From assembly GCA_038734945.1 (NCBI GenBank), contig JAVYOA010000009.1, positions 248,001 to 312,000 of the forward strand: DNA of 64,000 bases, written 5' to 3'. The DNA is from Fervidicoccaceae archaeon. Lineage in GTDB: Archaea > Thermoproteota > Thermoprotei_A > Sulfolobales > Fervidicoccaceae. Both the position numbers and the translations under genes were made by a program. Under the pieces are notes generated by a model. The model was not told the DNA's origin, did not search any database, and saw only the letters and a program-made list of their open reading frames with translations. Every line of letters begins with the position of its first letter. The first letter of the stretch is position 1. Below are positions 38,674 to 48,778 of the stretch, piece by piece.

Positions 38674-38773
38674 CTGAAATTATTTATTAATTCCTTGGAA
38701 GGGAATGGATAAAAATTTTAATTCAATACCATTATAAAAAATATACTTTTCAATGTGAGGGGTAGTTGGTACT

Positions 38774-40186
38774 TTGCCGGAAAAGAAGCTATGGCAGGCC
38801 CTCAACAATAGGGGAAAGAAAGCTCTAGTAATTTCCCTCGTTGTGATAACCTTCCTATCTTTTTCAAAGATCTATTTAACATTCTCTCAGGCTTCAGCTC
38901 TTTCTGGATATATTAGCGATGAAATATGGTATGTGCCAAGTGCTAGATTAATCGCTAATTTTGTCCTCGGAATTCATACATCATATGTCTACAATGGCAT
39001 GTATGGCTATACAATACAATTGAACTCCTCAGAAGCTGTTGCCTCATGTAAATTGAAAGCCCTAGAAACTGGGGGAATAATACTGAAGGACGACTATGTG
39101 AAGAACAATGCTATAGCCATCGCCCTTCCAAAAGGAACATCCCCCAGTGATCTATGTGAGGGAACTTTGAAGATTGTTCCAGGCTATCCAATGCCAGACA
39201 ATGAGGGAGTTTTCGAATATGTGAATCCTGAACATCCTCCATTGGGGAAATATATAATAGCCCTCTCCATGTATGTCCTAGGAGACTATCCGACAGCATG
39301 GAGGATCCCAGGAGTAATAGAGGCCGGATTCATTGTATTAATAGCTGGCTTGATTGGGTGGAAGTTATCGGGAGCATTCGGCTCTATCCTCGCATCTCTT
39401 GCGGCATCGCTCGATCCCCTTACAAAAAACATGGGAAGTGTAGCTATGCTTGACATACATCTTGCATTCTTCACAGCTCTCGGGCTCCTCTTCTATGTTT
39501 ACAACAGACCCCTTCTGTCGGCACTTTTCATATCACTTTCAGGACTTGTCAAGTACAGCGGATTCTTTCTCCTTCCGTTCATCATGCTCTATATCTCGAG
39601 AGAGAAGAGGGACTTCTTTGGAGCTATATTATATCCATCTCTATTTTCTCTGCTTCTAGCGATAATTGCATTCTTACCTCTGGCCTACCACTACAGCATT
39701 GGATGGGTCTTCATGCAGATCAGATCTGCTCTCGCGTGGCACATGGAGAGCAGACCTCCAGGACCCCCAACGAGCACACCTATAGAGTGGATTCTGGGAT
39801 ATAGTCCATTCTATCTTTCTTACAACCCGGACATATCAGCATCTGGCTCTCCAATTATCTACGTTCCTGTTTTTGTTGTTTCACTCATAGCTCCATTTCT
39901 CTATTTAGTTGAAAAAGAGAGACCTGGCTATGAGCTAAAGAGCTACGGAGTCATGTTCTCAATTGACATTTTTTTGCTGATGTACTGTATTCTCTACGCA
40001 ATTGGAAACAGAACATTATACAGCTTTTATTTCACGCAGATAGTACCAGCTTTCTATGCTTCTTTTCCACAATCTATTCTTATTCTCTCTGATCGCTACA
40101 AATCATTCGAGGAGCTGGGAGGCATAATAAAGAATTTTTTCTTAGGATATCGAAGAAAAAATCAACTAGGTGGGAACAGTGCTTAA
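38774..40186 (+). CDS. GT-C glycosyltransferase (dolichyl-phosphate-mannose protein mannosyltransferase-like)
   Basis: YISDEIWYV, NPEHPPLGK, WRIPG, AMLDIH, VKYSG, many TM helices. Confidence 0.85.
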   Translation: MPEKKLWQALNNRGKKALVISLVVITFLSFSKIYLTFSQASALSGYISDEIWYVPSARLIANFVLGIHTSYVYNGMYGYTIQLNSSEAVASCKLKALETGGIILKDDYVKNNAIAIALPKGTSPSDLCEGTLKIVPGYPMPDNEGVFEYVNPEHPPLGKYIIALSMYVLGDYPTAWRIPGVIEAGFIVLIAGLIGWKLSGAFGSILASLAASLDPLTKNMGSVAMLDIHLAFFTALGLLFYVYNRPLLSALFISLSGLVKYSGFFLLPFIMLYISREKRDFFGAILYPSLFSLLLAIIAFLPLAYHYSIGWVFMQIRSALAWHMESRPPGPPTSTPIEWILGYSPFYLSYNPDISASGSPIIYVPVFVVSLIAPFLYLVEKERPGYELKSYGVMFSIDIFLLMYCILYAIGNRTLYSFYFTQIVPAFYASFPQSILILSDRYKSFEELGGIIKNFFLGYRRKNQLGGNSA

Positions 40187-40859
40187 ACTGGAAGATTTGG
40201 GGATCTGGGAGAGAGCATTAGTATTGACGCATCATGCTACAGCTGGATCTTACCTAGCAGCACTTGCATGCGCTAATGCGTTGAAAAGCAGCAGAACACC
40301 ACTTTTGATCGAGCTTTCACCCATCAATAGGAGATTGTTTGAAGAATTTCTAGAAAGAAGGAGCCTTTCGTTTGAGAAAATATCTATATCAACTGACCTT
40401 CATAACGAGTTCTCATTTCCAACAATCATATATGCAGTCGGATATGATTTGAGGCAGCACATGGAGTTGCTCCGAAAAAAACAGCATGATATAACTTTAG
40501 TTGTCACTCATGTGGGTAGCTTCATTGGGAATATTCTAAGAGCTAGAGCATTTTCGCTGAGGAAAATCGAGGAGGACATATTTCTATTAGAGGAAAAAAG
40601 AGGAGGAGATAAGCTATATCTCGAAATGAACAATATGGAAGTAAAATTGGTTGAAAGGAAGGAAAATAAAATGGCTTTTGAAGGACTCAGAGCGCTAGAG
40701 GACTCAATGTTCGAATATGGTTCATTGAGAACCAAGGATGCCATTTTTATCCTCCAGGGACGACTGAAGATAGAGAAGGAAGAAGCAAGAAGGATATTGG
40801 ATGAATTGGTGAGAATGGGTAAAATAAAAATAATACATGGAATGATTGAGCTTGGTTGA
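40170..40859 (+). CDS. Hypothetical protein, possible C-terminal winged helix
   Basis: 229 aa ORF overlapping the upstream stop; EEARRILDELVRMGKIKI pattern. Confidence 0.7.
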   Translation: MGTVLKLEDLGIWERALVLTHHATAGSYLAALACANALKSSRTPLLIELSPINRRLFEEFLERRSLSFEKISISTDLHNEFSFPTIIYAVGYDLRQHMELLRKKQHDITLVVTHVGSFIGNILRARAFSLRKIEEDIFLLEEKRGGDKLYLEMNNMEVKLVERKENKMAFEGLRALEDSMFEYGSLRTKDAIFILQGRLKIEKEEARRILDELVRMGKIKIIHGMIELG

Positions 40860-40866
40860 ACTTTTC

Positions 40867-41604
40867 TTAAATCAACTTTCTCTTCCTTAAGATCTCCAAG
40901 GCTCTCTCCAGAACTTCTTCGGGGGGGAGAGATGCATCTATTATGTCAATTGGTGGGCTCTCTATCTTCGATGATAGCTTTAGATAAGTTTCTCTGAGCT
41001 TTCCCAATATCTCTCTGGCTTCTAGATGCTGAAGCTGTCTGTCCCCCTTCTTTTTCAGCCTTTCCCAGGCAATTCCGGGATCCACATCTAGCAATATAAT
41101 AGCATCAGGTTCCACAGCAAATGAATTAATTGATAGAATTATCTCAAGTGGTGCCCCCCTTGTGCTCTGATAGACAAGGCTTGCCAGATAGCTCCTGTCT
41201 CCGATCACTATTATCTCATCTTCCCTGAGCAATCGAATTAGCTTTTCTGTATGCATTATTAGCCTATCTGCTGCGAAAAGATATGCCTCAGCAATTGGAT
41301 TCATGTTTGGCATTTTGTGGAGAAGTGCCTTTATTTCCTCATAGAATGGCTCTCTAACTATCTCACATTTTTCTCCGGCCTCACTCATTTTTCTACATAT
41401 TAGGTTTGAGAGAGTGGTCTTTCCTGAGCCATCAATGCCCTCTATTGCCACATATTTACCCCGTCTCTCTTCCTTCGGTATCAATGTCACCGAAGGCTCC
41501 AGTATATCTTTTTCATCAATTGTTTTCTTCCCTCTCAAAACAGTTCCAGGCTTCAGAATCCTCTCTTTTCTGAACAGCTCATCTACGCCCAAGATAGCAT
41601 GCAC
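40867..41604 (-). CDS. tmk: Thymidylate kinase
   Basis: IEGIDGSGKTT, REP, LFAADR, DRSYLASLVYQ. Confidence 0.93.
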   Translation of the reverse strand: MHAILGVDELFRKERILKPGTVLRGKKTIDEKDILEPSVTLIPKEERRGKYVAIEGIDGSGKTTLSNLICRKMSEAGEKCEIVREPFYEEIKALLHKMPNMNPIAEAYLFAADRLIMHTEKLIRLLREDEIIVIGDRSYLASLVYQSTRGAPLEIILSINSFAVEPDAIILLDVDPGIAWERLKKKGDRQLQHLEAREILGKLRETYLKLSSKIESPPIDIIDASLPPEEVLERALEILRKRKLI

Positions 41605-41629
41605 CCTTGCTTATGTTGCGATTACTGTT

Positions 41630-42877
41630 CTACCCTAGCAGATCCCCCATTGTTAGCAGGGTTATTCCATCCCCCCTCTTGGCAATGTTTCCTATTCTGG
41701 AGGCAATAAGTAGCTTCACCTTCTTTTCAGAAGCAGCATCCATTATTCTCTGCGTTACTATTCCATCAAATACAACTGCTCCTGCCTTTCCCGGCTCCAT
41801 CTTTTCAAGTTCATTGTATAGATCTCGCACTGGTATCCTTTTGAGTTGGTTCCAATTCTCATCAAAGATTATTGCTTCAAGCGTCCCCCTCAATTCTGTT
41901 ATCATCTTCATGGCGTTCTCTGGAATTTCGATTGAGACTGGGAGAGGCTGAGGGGGAGCAAGCTCAGCTTCCTGGGGGGGAGGAGATAGCTCTTGAGTCT
42001 CCACTGAGGCCTGCGGGGCTTCAGCCTTTATTTGCTCTGCTGCCTTTTTCTCAACTTTGCGCTCAATTTCTGCCCTATATTGTTCAGCTGGGACAATATT
42101 CTGGAGCGCTTGCTCAATTTCCCTTCCAACAAGATCCTCAACCTCCTTTCCCGGAGGAGCTCTCGCCACAAAATCCACTTTTGTGGAATTGAGAAGAGTT
42201 CTCAGTATAAGCTCCCCGCCATGATCACCATCAACAAATGCGATTACTCTCTTTTTCTTGGCGGCCAGCTGTTTCACAGTATCAGGTATGCTCTCCTTAG
42301 CACCCTCAACCGCTATAGTATTGTTGTAACCATAGCGAGCTAGGTTGAGCACATCGGCCCTCCCCTCGACTATTATGAGCTCATCACTCCTTTCAACATC
42401 GCTTCCTGCTGGAAGCTTCTCGGGGCCATATTCTATTATTTCAGCTGGTCTAATGGCGCTCTGTATTTCTCTCAACAAATCCCTGATATCTGGCATTTCT
42501 GTGGCCTGCCATGTTCTAAGAAGCTCTTTTGCTCTCTCCACGGCCTTCTTCAGCTTCTCTACTCTCAGATCAACAATCCTGACAATTTGTATTTTTGCTG
42601 TATATGGACCAACTTTGTCTATGGTTTCGAGGAGCGCAGCTATCAGGGCAGTCTCTGCCTTGTCAAGGTTTGATGGAATCTTTATTTCTCCCTTTATTTT
42701 CCCGTTGCTTGGCTTTAGATCCACCTGTATTCTTCCTATCCTTCCCTTGTCCTGAAGCTCTCTTAGATCCAGCTCAGGAGAAAGTAGACCCTCTGTCTGT
42801 CCAAATAGAGCTCCAATTACATCATTTTTATCAACTATACCGTCCACTTCTATTCTTGCTCTTACCAGATATTTCAT
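41630..42877 (-). CDS. dnaG: Archaeal DnaG (exosome-associated TOPRIM protein)
   Basis: DVIGALFGQTEGLL, GRIGRI, IIVEGRADVLNL, FVDGDHGG, FDGIVTQR. Confidence 0.96.
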   Translation of the reverse strand: MKYLVRARIEVDGIVDKNDVIGALFGQTEGLLSPELDLRELQDKGRIGRIQVDLKPSNGKIKGEIKIPSNLDKAETALIAALLETIDKVGPYTAKIQIVRIVDLRVEKLKKAVERAKELLRTWQATEMPDIRDLLREIQSAIRPAEIIEYGPEKLPAGSDVERSDELIIVEGRADVLNLARYGYNNTIAVEGAKESIPDTVKQLAAKKKRVIAFVDGDHGGELILRTLLNSTKVDFVARAPPGKEVEDLVGREIEQALQNIVPAEQYRAEIERKVEKKAAEQIKAEAPQASVETQELSPPPQEAELAPPQPLPVSIEIPENAMKMITELRGTLEAIIFDENWNQLKRIPVRDLYNELEKMEPGKAGAVVFDGIVTQRIMDAASEKKVKLLIASRIGNIAKRGDGITLLTMGDLLG

Positions 42878-42994
42878 TTGTAATCATCCTCCACACCAAA
42901 AAGCAGGTGTGCTTGATGATGTAAGCGTGATGCTCGAGGAACCCCCTTTACTCGGAACTTTAGCATTTACGTTTCCGAGTATATGGGGCCTCAC
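42878..42994 (-). promoter_or_regulatory. Structured 5' leader of dnaG (two hairpins)
   Basis: Hairpin 42992-42936 (9-bp core TACTCGGAA/TTCCGAGTA plus CCCC/GGGG and GAGG/CCTC) and hairpin 42920-42883 covering the SD; TATA-like CTTAATTT at 43022-43015. Confidence 0.6.
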
Positions 42995-43042
42995 TATAAG
43001 CTCAAAATAAACAAAAATTAAGTTTTCTCTCTTTTAGAAAAG

Positions 43043-44146
43043 CTAAATAGATATCTTCATATTGAAGTAGCCGGCTATGTCCTCCGCTAATCTCTTTGCC
43101 TCTGCATTGTCCCTAAAGTAATCCCTGACGGGCTTGAGCCTTCTAGCTAATTCTCTTGCTGTTGCTCTTTTCAAGTCTAGCGGATGTATTTTTCCCTCAA
43201 TGAACATTCTCTCAAGCTCCTCATAGCTATTGATCTCAAGGCTACCTCCATACTCTTGAGGTCTATCTATGACTAAGGTGAAGTCTCTCTCATAGAATAG
43301 GATGTATTTGTTTATCTCAAGTATAGGATTGAACTCTTTAATTCCCCGGGGACAATATGCTGATAGTATCTTTCTCTCGATCTCCTCCTCAGCATCGTGA
43401 ATCAAAATCGTGGATTCAGGCGAGGATTTGCTCATCTTTGTTTGGGAAAGAACTTCATCTCTTGATCCTTCTCCCCCAGCTCTTCCCCTCCCCATAAGGC
43501 CGGTTAAAATGGGTGTATGAACAGCCACAATTTTCCTCCTTTTGAGCTTCTCTGCTAATTCTCTAGCAAGCATATGCGCTTTCCTCTGATCCATACCGCC
43601 CAGCGCAATATTTAGATCCATATAGAAAATGTCTGAAACTTGCATGAAGGGATAGATGATCTTGCTGGAATCTAGTTCTGCCTCATCCTCTTTTCTTCCC
43701 ATAATCGTGAGAGCCCTCTTTGCTCTGGCCAGAGATGTTCCCTTTGCCACTCTTATGACAAGTTCCCAATACGACTTATCACTGACGAGCTTCTCCGCAT
43801 CGATAAAGGTTATTTTATCTACAGGTATGCCTAGTGCTCTAAGCCCATGCTTTATATATGCTGCAGCCTCTCTTATTAGATTCAAGTTACCTCCGAATTT
43901 ATCGTTTATCATAGCATGCCAAGTCGCTTCTAGCAACCTGAAGTTTACCCCAGCTTCTATCATGTCCTTTACCTTATATGCCCAGATGACCCATCCTATA
44001 TGGAACAGCCCGCTTGGCTCATAGCCCAGATATCCATCAAGCCTCTCTCCAGTCTCCAGCATCTCCCTGAGCTCTTCCTCCGTTATAATTTCCTCCGCAT
44101 TCCTAGTTATTAGCTCAAGTCTTCTCTCCATGTCCACGAAGATCAC
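43043..44146 (-). CDS. tyrS: Tyrosine--tRNA ligase
   Basis: YLGYEPSGLFHIG, YPFMQVSD, GGMDQRKAH, KMSKS, IHPLDLK. Confidence 0.97.
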   Translation of the reverse strand: MIFVDMERRLELITRNAEEIITEEELREMLETGERLDGYLGYEPSGLFHIGWVIWAYKVKDMIEAGVNFRLLEATWHAMINDKFGGNLNLIREAAAYIKHGLRALGIPVDKITFIDAEKLVSDKSYWELVIRVAKGTSLARAKRALTIMGRKEDEAELDSSKIIYPFMQVSDIFYMDLNIALGGMDQRKAHMLARELAEKLKRRKIVAVHTPILTGLMGRGRAGGEGSRDEVLSQTKMSKSSPESTILIHDAEEEIERKILSAYCPRGIKEFNPILEINKYILFYERDFTLVIDRPQEYGGSLEINSYEELERMFIEGKIHPLDLKRATARELARRLKPVRDYFRDNAEAKRLAEDIAGYFNMKISI

Positions 44147-45375
44147 CCCAAGTACTTCTTTCTAGCATCGATGAGTGAAGTTGTAAGATAATCAACTTCC
44201 TCGACAGTATTATAAATATAGAAGCTGGCTCTAACAGTACCTTCTTCTGCTCCCATAGCATAATGATAAGGATGTGCACAGTGAAGCCCAGTTCTGACTG
44301 CTATATGGTAAAAATCTCCCAGAACTTTTCCCACAACATGTGGGTTCTGTCCCTTTACGTTGAATGCTACGGTGCCGACGAAGGAGCTTTCCAGCTTTTT
44401 TGGATAAACATCTACCCACTCGATTTCTGTTAGTCTCTTTCTAAGCTCACTAACGAGTATCTTCTCATGTGCTGCAATGTTTTCCTTCCCAACATTCTCT
44501 ATATATTCAACAGCAGCCCTGAGCCCAACAGCTCCTGCCACATTTGGAGTTCCAGCTTCTAGCTTGTATGGAGGTCTTGCATATAGAACATTTTCCAAAG
44601 TAACATCCTTAATTGTGCCTCCTCCTGTAAATACGGGATTCAATTCTTCCAGAATTTCTTTTTTTCCATAGAGGGCGCCAATTCCAAATGGTCCCAACAT
44701 TTTATGTCCGCTGAAGGCAAGGAAATCAACGCCCAAATTCTTAACGTTTATTTCCATGTGTGGGATGCTCTGGGCGGCATCCAAAACAACCAAAGCTCCA
44801 TATTTTTTTGCTTTCCTTACTATTTCCTCAACAGGATTCACAATTCCCGTAACGTTGCTAGCATGTGGAAGAGCTATAGCAATCAAGTCTTCATCCAGCT
44901 TACTCTCAAGATCTTTCAAATCCAAATAACCCTCTCTGCTAACCTTAACATAGTCGATTTTAGCCTTCAGGAGATCAGCAGCTCTCCTCCAAGGTAGCAT
45001 GTTGCTGTGATGATCCATTTCTGTCACAAGGATCCTCCTTCTCCCTCTTTTTATCCCCCATTCAACAATAGGTATAGCAATTGATGATATCGCATGGGTT
45101 GTATTATAGAAGAAGGAAATTTCTTCCCAACTCTCAGCACCAACGTGTTTAGCTACCACTTCATGGGCTTCTTCGTATAGCCTATCTGCTTTTTCACTCA
45201 AAGGATAGTGACCTCTGTGAACATTTGCATTGCTATTTTCGTAGAATTCCTTTATCGATTCTATTACTACTCTTGGTCTCTGAGTAGTTGCTGCGTTATC
45301 CAAGTATACTAGAGGCCTTTCCTCTCCTTTTGCGAAAATTGGAAAATCTTTCCTTATTATATACGGATCAAGCAA
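44143..45375 (-). CDS. sufS: Cysteine desulfurase, SufS group
   Basis: YLDNAATTQ, NVHRG, HHSN, FSGHKMLGP, EAGTPN, VRTGLHCA, RASFYIYN; start set at TTG 45375 after GGAGGTGA. Confidence 0.93.
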   Translation of the reverse strand: MLDPYIIRKDFPIFAKGEERPLVYLDNAATTQRPRVVIESIKEFYENSNANVHRGHYPLSEKADRLYEEAHEVVAKHVGAESWEEISFFYNTTHAISSIAIPIVEWGIKRGRRRILVTEMDHHSNMLPWRRAADLLKAKIDYVKVSREGYLDLKDLESKLDEDLIAIALPHASNVTGIVNPVEEIVRKAKKYGALVVLDAAQSIPHMEINVKNLGVDFLAFSGHKMLGPFGIGALYGKKEILEELNPVFTGGGTIKDVTLENVLYARPPYKLEAGTPNVAGAVGLRAAVEYIENVGKENIAAHEKILVSELRKRLTEIEWVDVYPKKLESSFVGTVAFNVKGQNPHVVGKVLGDFYHIAVRTGLHCAHPYHYAMGAEEGTVRASFYIYNTVEEVDYLTTSLIDARKKYLG

Positions 45376-45380
45376 AAATT

Positions 45381-47843
45381 TCACCTCCTCTCCTTTATCC
45401 AAACAACCTCTCCTATTTTGCTGGCATCGCTTGGTGGCTCAGAATAAATTGCCTTCTGAAGTCGATGAAAACCTTCTATGTCCTTAGATGCTTTGATAAG
45501 AGGAGGAGGCAAATATACCTCTAAATCCAATGGCTCTGTAAGTTTCATCCCTCTATCTATCTTGTACTTCCAAATATCATTGTTCACCTTTATAGCAAGT
45601 TCCATCAGCTCTGCCTCCTCATCTACCCTTTCACCAGAAAGTTCCTCTTGAGTAAATTTCTCTCTATGGATGCTGTTCCCATATCCCATACTCCTCCAGA
45701 TCTCATCTGTTACTATTGGCATGATTGGTGCCATCATCTTCAGAGAGACCTTCAATATAGTATGCAGGCTCTTCCATGCTGATTTTTGCTCGCTTTCACT
45801 AAATGCCCCCCCATCGTTATATGCCCTCCTCTTTACAAGCTCTATGTAGTGACTAGCAAAAATGTTCCAGATGAATTCATAGGCAGTAGTAGTAGGTTCA
45901 AACGTATCCATCTCATCGAATCCCTTAATGTACTTTCTCAGATATTTCTTCATCAGAGCTATTGCTGAAGCATCGATGGGAAGAATGTTATCAACATCAT
46001 CGATCTGCTCTGGAAACTGAGAGACAAATCTGGCAATGTTCCAGAGCTTTGTTGCAAAAAGCTGCCCAGTTCTCAAGAGCTGGGGACTGAAGCGATAATC
46101 ATAGCCAACTTTTGCTGAAGCAGCCGACCAGAACCTGAAAGCATCAGCCCCATACTGCTCAATAACAGGAATGGGATCTATGACGTTTCCCTTAGACTTG
46201 TGCATTGCTTCTCCCTTCTCATCCAAGCCCATTCCCGTTATTCTAACCCACTGGAAAGGCATTCTACCTGTCAGTTGATAAACTCTCAGCACGCTATAAT
46301 ATAGCCAAGTTCTTATAATTTCGTATCCCTGAGGTCTCATTACAGAGGATTTCACCTTCTCATAGAAGTTATTATCTCTCTTGAAGCCTGTAACATACAG
46401 CATTGAGATGCTCGAGTCAAACCAAGTATCGAAAACTTTTCTCTCACCTTCCAGATTTTCCTTTCCTGCCCCACATACTGGACATCTCTCGAAAGGAGGA
46501 TCCTCCTTCCATGGTCTATAATACCTGAACTCCTCTGGAACAAGAAGGGCCCCACACTTCCTGCACTTCCATACTGGAATTTCTGTAGCATAATATCTAT
46601 CTCTCGAGATTGGCCAATCAGTCGATATTGACTTTATCCAATCTATTAGCTTCTGTCTGTGCATTTCAGGAAAGAACTTCATCTTGCTTATTTCAGTGAG
46701 CAGCTTTTCCTTGTATTCTACCTGCTTCAAGAAGTACTCCTTGACATGAATGAACTCAACTGGGGTTCCGCATCTCCAGCAAATAGGAATCTTATGGACA
46801 ATTTTCTCCTTCTTTTCCAAGAGACCAGCCTGCTCCAACTCCCTAGCAATTCTCTCTCTTGCCTCAGATATGCTCAGACCCTTAAGAAAGCCGGATAATT
46901 CATTCATTCTTCCATTCCTATCTATGAGTACTGTTGGTTCTAAGTTAAGCTCTCGGAATAGCCTAACGTCTGTAGTGTCTCCATAGCTACAAACCATGAC
47001 TAAACCTGTACCAAATGAGGGATCTGCGGCCTCGCTCTCCAGTATGGGGATTTCCTTCTTATAAATGGGGACAACGGCTTTCTTGCCCTTCAAGCCAACA
47101 TATCTTTCATCCTTTGGATTGTATATCACAGCACTGCATCCTGCCAGTAGCTCAGGTCTGGTCGTTGCTACAGTGATTTCTCCTCCTTCCCTGAGGCCGA
47201 ATTTTATATAATAGAGAAAGGTTTCCTTTGTGGAGTACTCGAGCTCTGCATCGCTGAGAGTTGTTCTGCATCTGGGACACCAATTGACTGCCCTCTCAGC
47301 AAAGTAGACCAACCCCCTCTTCCAGAGATCTACAAATGTTGCTTGAGTTAGCTTTCTATATTCTTCGCTATCAGTCCCATCTTTCCAATATTCATAGCTG
47401 CATCCCAGCCTCTTTAGAATTTCAACGAGCTCTTTTTCCACACCATCAAGCTCCTTTCTGCAGAGCTCTAGGAACTTCTCCCTTCCAGAGGGCGTTGAGG
47501 AGAGCTCATGAGGGTTCAAGCCAGTCTTTTTCTCCACACTAACTTCAACTGGAAGCCCATTTCTATCAGCATAGAATGGAAGGAGAACATTGTAACCTCT
47601 CATTCTGAAGTACCTGGCAATTATGTCATGCTGCACATAGTGAGCAGCACCAGCTACATGCCATTTTCCGCTTGGATATGGTGGAGGAGTATCTATTATT
47701 AGCACATTGGAAAAATCAAGAGCATTTCTGTCAAATTTTGGTAAATCACCTTCTTTTTCCCATCTAAGAAGCACTTCGTTTTCTCTAGATTTGTCCCATC
47801 TTTTTTCCTTAATCTTTGCCTCAAACTTCTCGCTTGTTCCCAA
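45381..47843 (-). CDS. valS: Valine--tRNA ligase
   Basis: IDTPPPYPSGKWHVAG, ATTRPE, FGTGLVMVCSYGD, DTWFDSS, QGYEIIRTW, AMHKSKGN. Confidence 0.96.
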   Translation of the reverse strand: MGTSEKFEAKIKEKRWDKSRENEVLLRWEKEGDLPKFDRNALDFSNVLIIDTPPPYPSGKWHVAGAAHYVQHDIIARYFRMRGYNVLLPFYADRNGLPVEVSVEKKTGLNPHELSSTPSGREKFLELCRKELDGVEKELVEILKRLGCSYEYWKDGTDSEEYRKLTQATFVDLWKRGLVYFAERAVNWCPRCRTTLSDAELEYSTKETFLYYIKFGLREGGEITVATTRPELLAGCSAVIYNPKDERYVGLKGKKAVVPIYKKEIPILESEAADPSFGTGLVMVCSYGDTTDVRLFRELNLEPTVLIDRNGRMNELSGFLKGLSISEARERIARELEQAGLLEKKEKIVHKIPICWRCGTPVEFIHVKEYFLKQVEYKEKLLTEISKMKFFPEMHRQKLIDWIKSISTDWPISRDRYYATEIPVWKCRKCGALLVPEEFRYYRPWKEDPPFERCPVCGAGKENLEGERKVFDTWFDSSISMLYVTGFKRDNNFYEKVKSSVMRPQGYEIIRTWLYYSVLRVYQLTGRMPFQWVRITGMGLDEKGEAMHKSKGNVIDPIPVIEQYGADAFRFWSAASAKVGYDYRFSPQLLRTGQLFATKLWNIARFVSQFPEQIDDVDNILPIDASAIALMKKYLRKYIKGFDEMDTFEPTTTAYEFIWNIFASHYIELVKRRAYNDGGAFSESEQKSAWKSLHTILKVSLKMMAPIMPIVTDEIWRSMGYGNSIHREKFTQEELSGERVDEEAELMELAIKVNNDIWKYKIDRGMKLTEPLDLEVYLPPPLIKASKDIEGFHRLQKAIYSEPPSDASKIGEVVWIKERR

Positions 47844-47952
47844 TTTCGGCCCCCATGCTATTGTTTGAATTTTGAGAGTGTTAATTAGATTAGATAAGTA
47901 AACCTATTAATATTGCTTTGATATATCTGGAGCACTATCCAGGTAATGGGGG

Positions 47953-48771
47953 GTGAATGCATTGGAATCACTGGAAAAGGAGGTAACTGTGGGTCCATCA
48001 CTCATAAACAAGCATTTACAGAGGAATCCATTGCTGGAGAGAGCTCTCAATATAATATGGGAGGATCCCGAGTTCTCAGCATTGGTCGAAATGAGCAACA
48101 TAATTGCTGTCAAGAGACTTAGATATAATGATCACGGCCCGGTCCATGCCAAAGTAGTTGCAGGTTCTAGCCTGGAAATTTTCAGGAGAATAATAGCAAG
48201 AGGAATATTGCCCACAACCGTCTCCGATGGAACAACATCGAGCATTGATGAGGCTGAGCTCATAGTTCTTCTAGCAGCTCTTCTTCACGACATCGGGAAC
48301 AGCATCCACAGAACAAACCACGAGCTTATTGGTGCTATAATCTCCAAAGAAATCTTGGATAGAGTTCTTTCCTCTCTCATTCCCGATGATGCGAGAAAGA
48401 GGTTCATGATTAGGCAGGAGATAATGCATGCTATATATTCAACTAGCTTCGATGTGCATTCTTTGACAATTGAAGCTGGTTGCGTTAAAATAGCGGATGG
48501 AACAGATATGTCGGAGGGGAGGGCAAGGATCCCCTATAGAATGGGAAAGAACGACATTCATGCTATCTCAGCTCTAAGCATAGAAAAGGTAACGATCAGC
48601 AGCTCAAATGAATTTCCAGTTTTAATCACTGTCTACATGAAGGAGAGAGCAGGAGTTTTCCAGATAGAGCAGGTTCTTGCCCCAAAAATAAGAGGAAGCG
48701 GTCTCTCAAACTACACGAGGGTTAAAGCTGTTTGGGCAGGCAACGAATTGCCAATGGATATCTCAAGGTGA
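47953..48771 (+). CDS. HD-domain phosphohydrolase
   Basis: RLRYNDHGPVH, LLHDIGNSIHR, KIADGTDMSEGRAR. Confidence 0.9.
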   Translation: MNALESLEKEVTVGPSLINKHLQRNPLLERALNIIWEDPEFSALVEMSNIIAVKRLRYNDHGPVHAKVVAGSSLEIFRRIIARGILPTTVSDGTTSSIDEAELIVLLAALLHDIGNSIHRTNHELIGAIISKEILDRVLSSLIPDDARKRFMIRQEIMHAIYSTSFDVHSLTIEAGCVKIADGTDMSEGRARIPYRMGKNDIHAISALSIEKVTISSSNEFPVLITVYMKERAGVFQIEQVLAPKIRGSGLSNYTRVKAVWAGNELPMDISR

Positions 48772-48778
48772 TGATATT

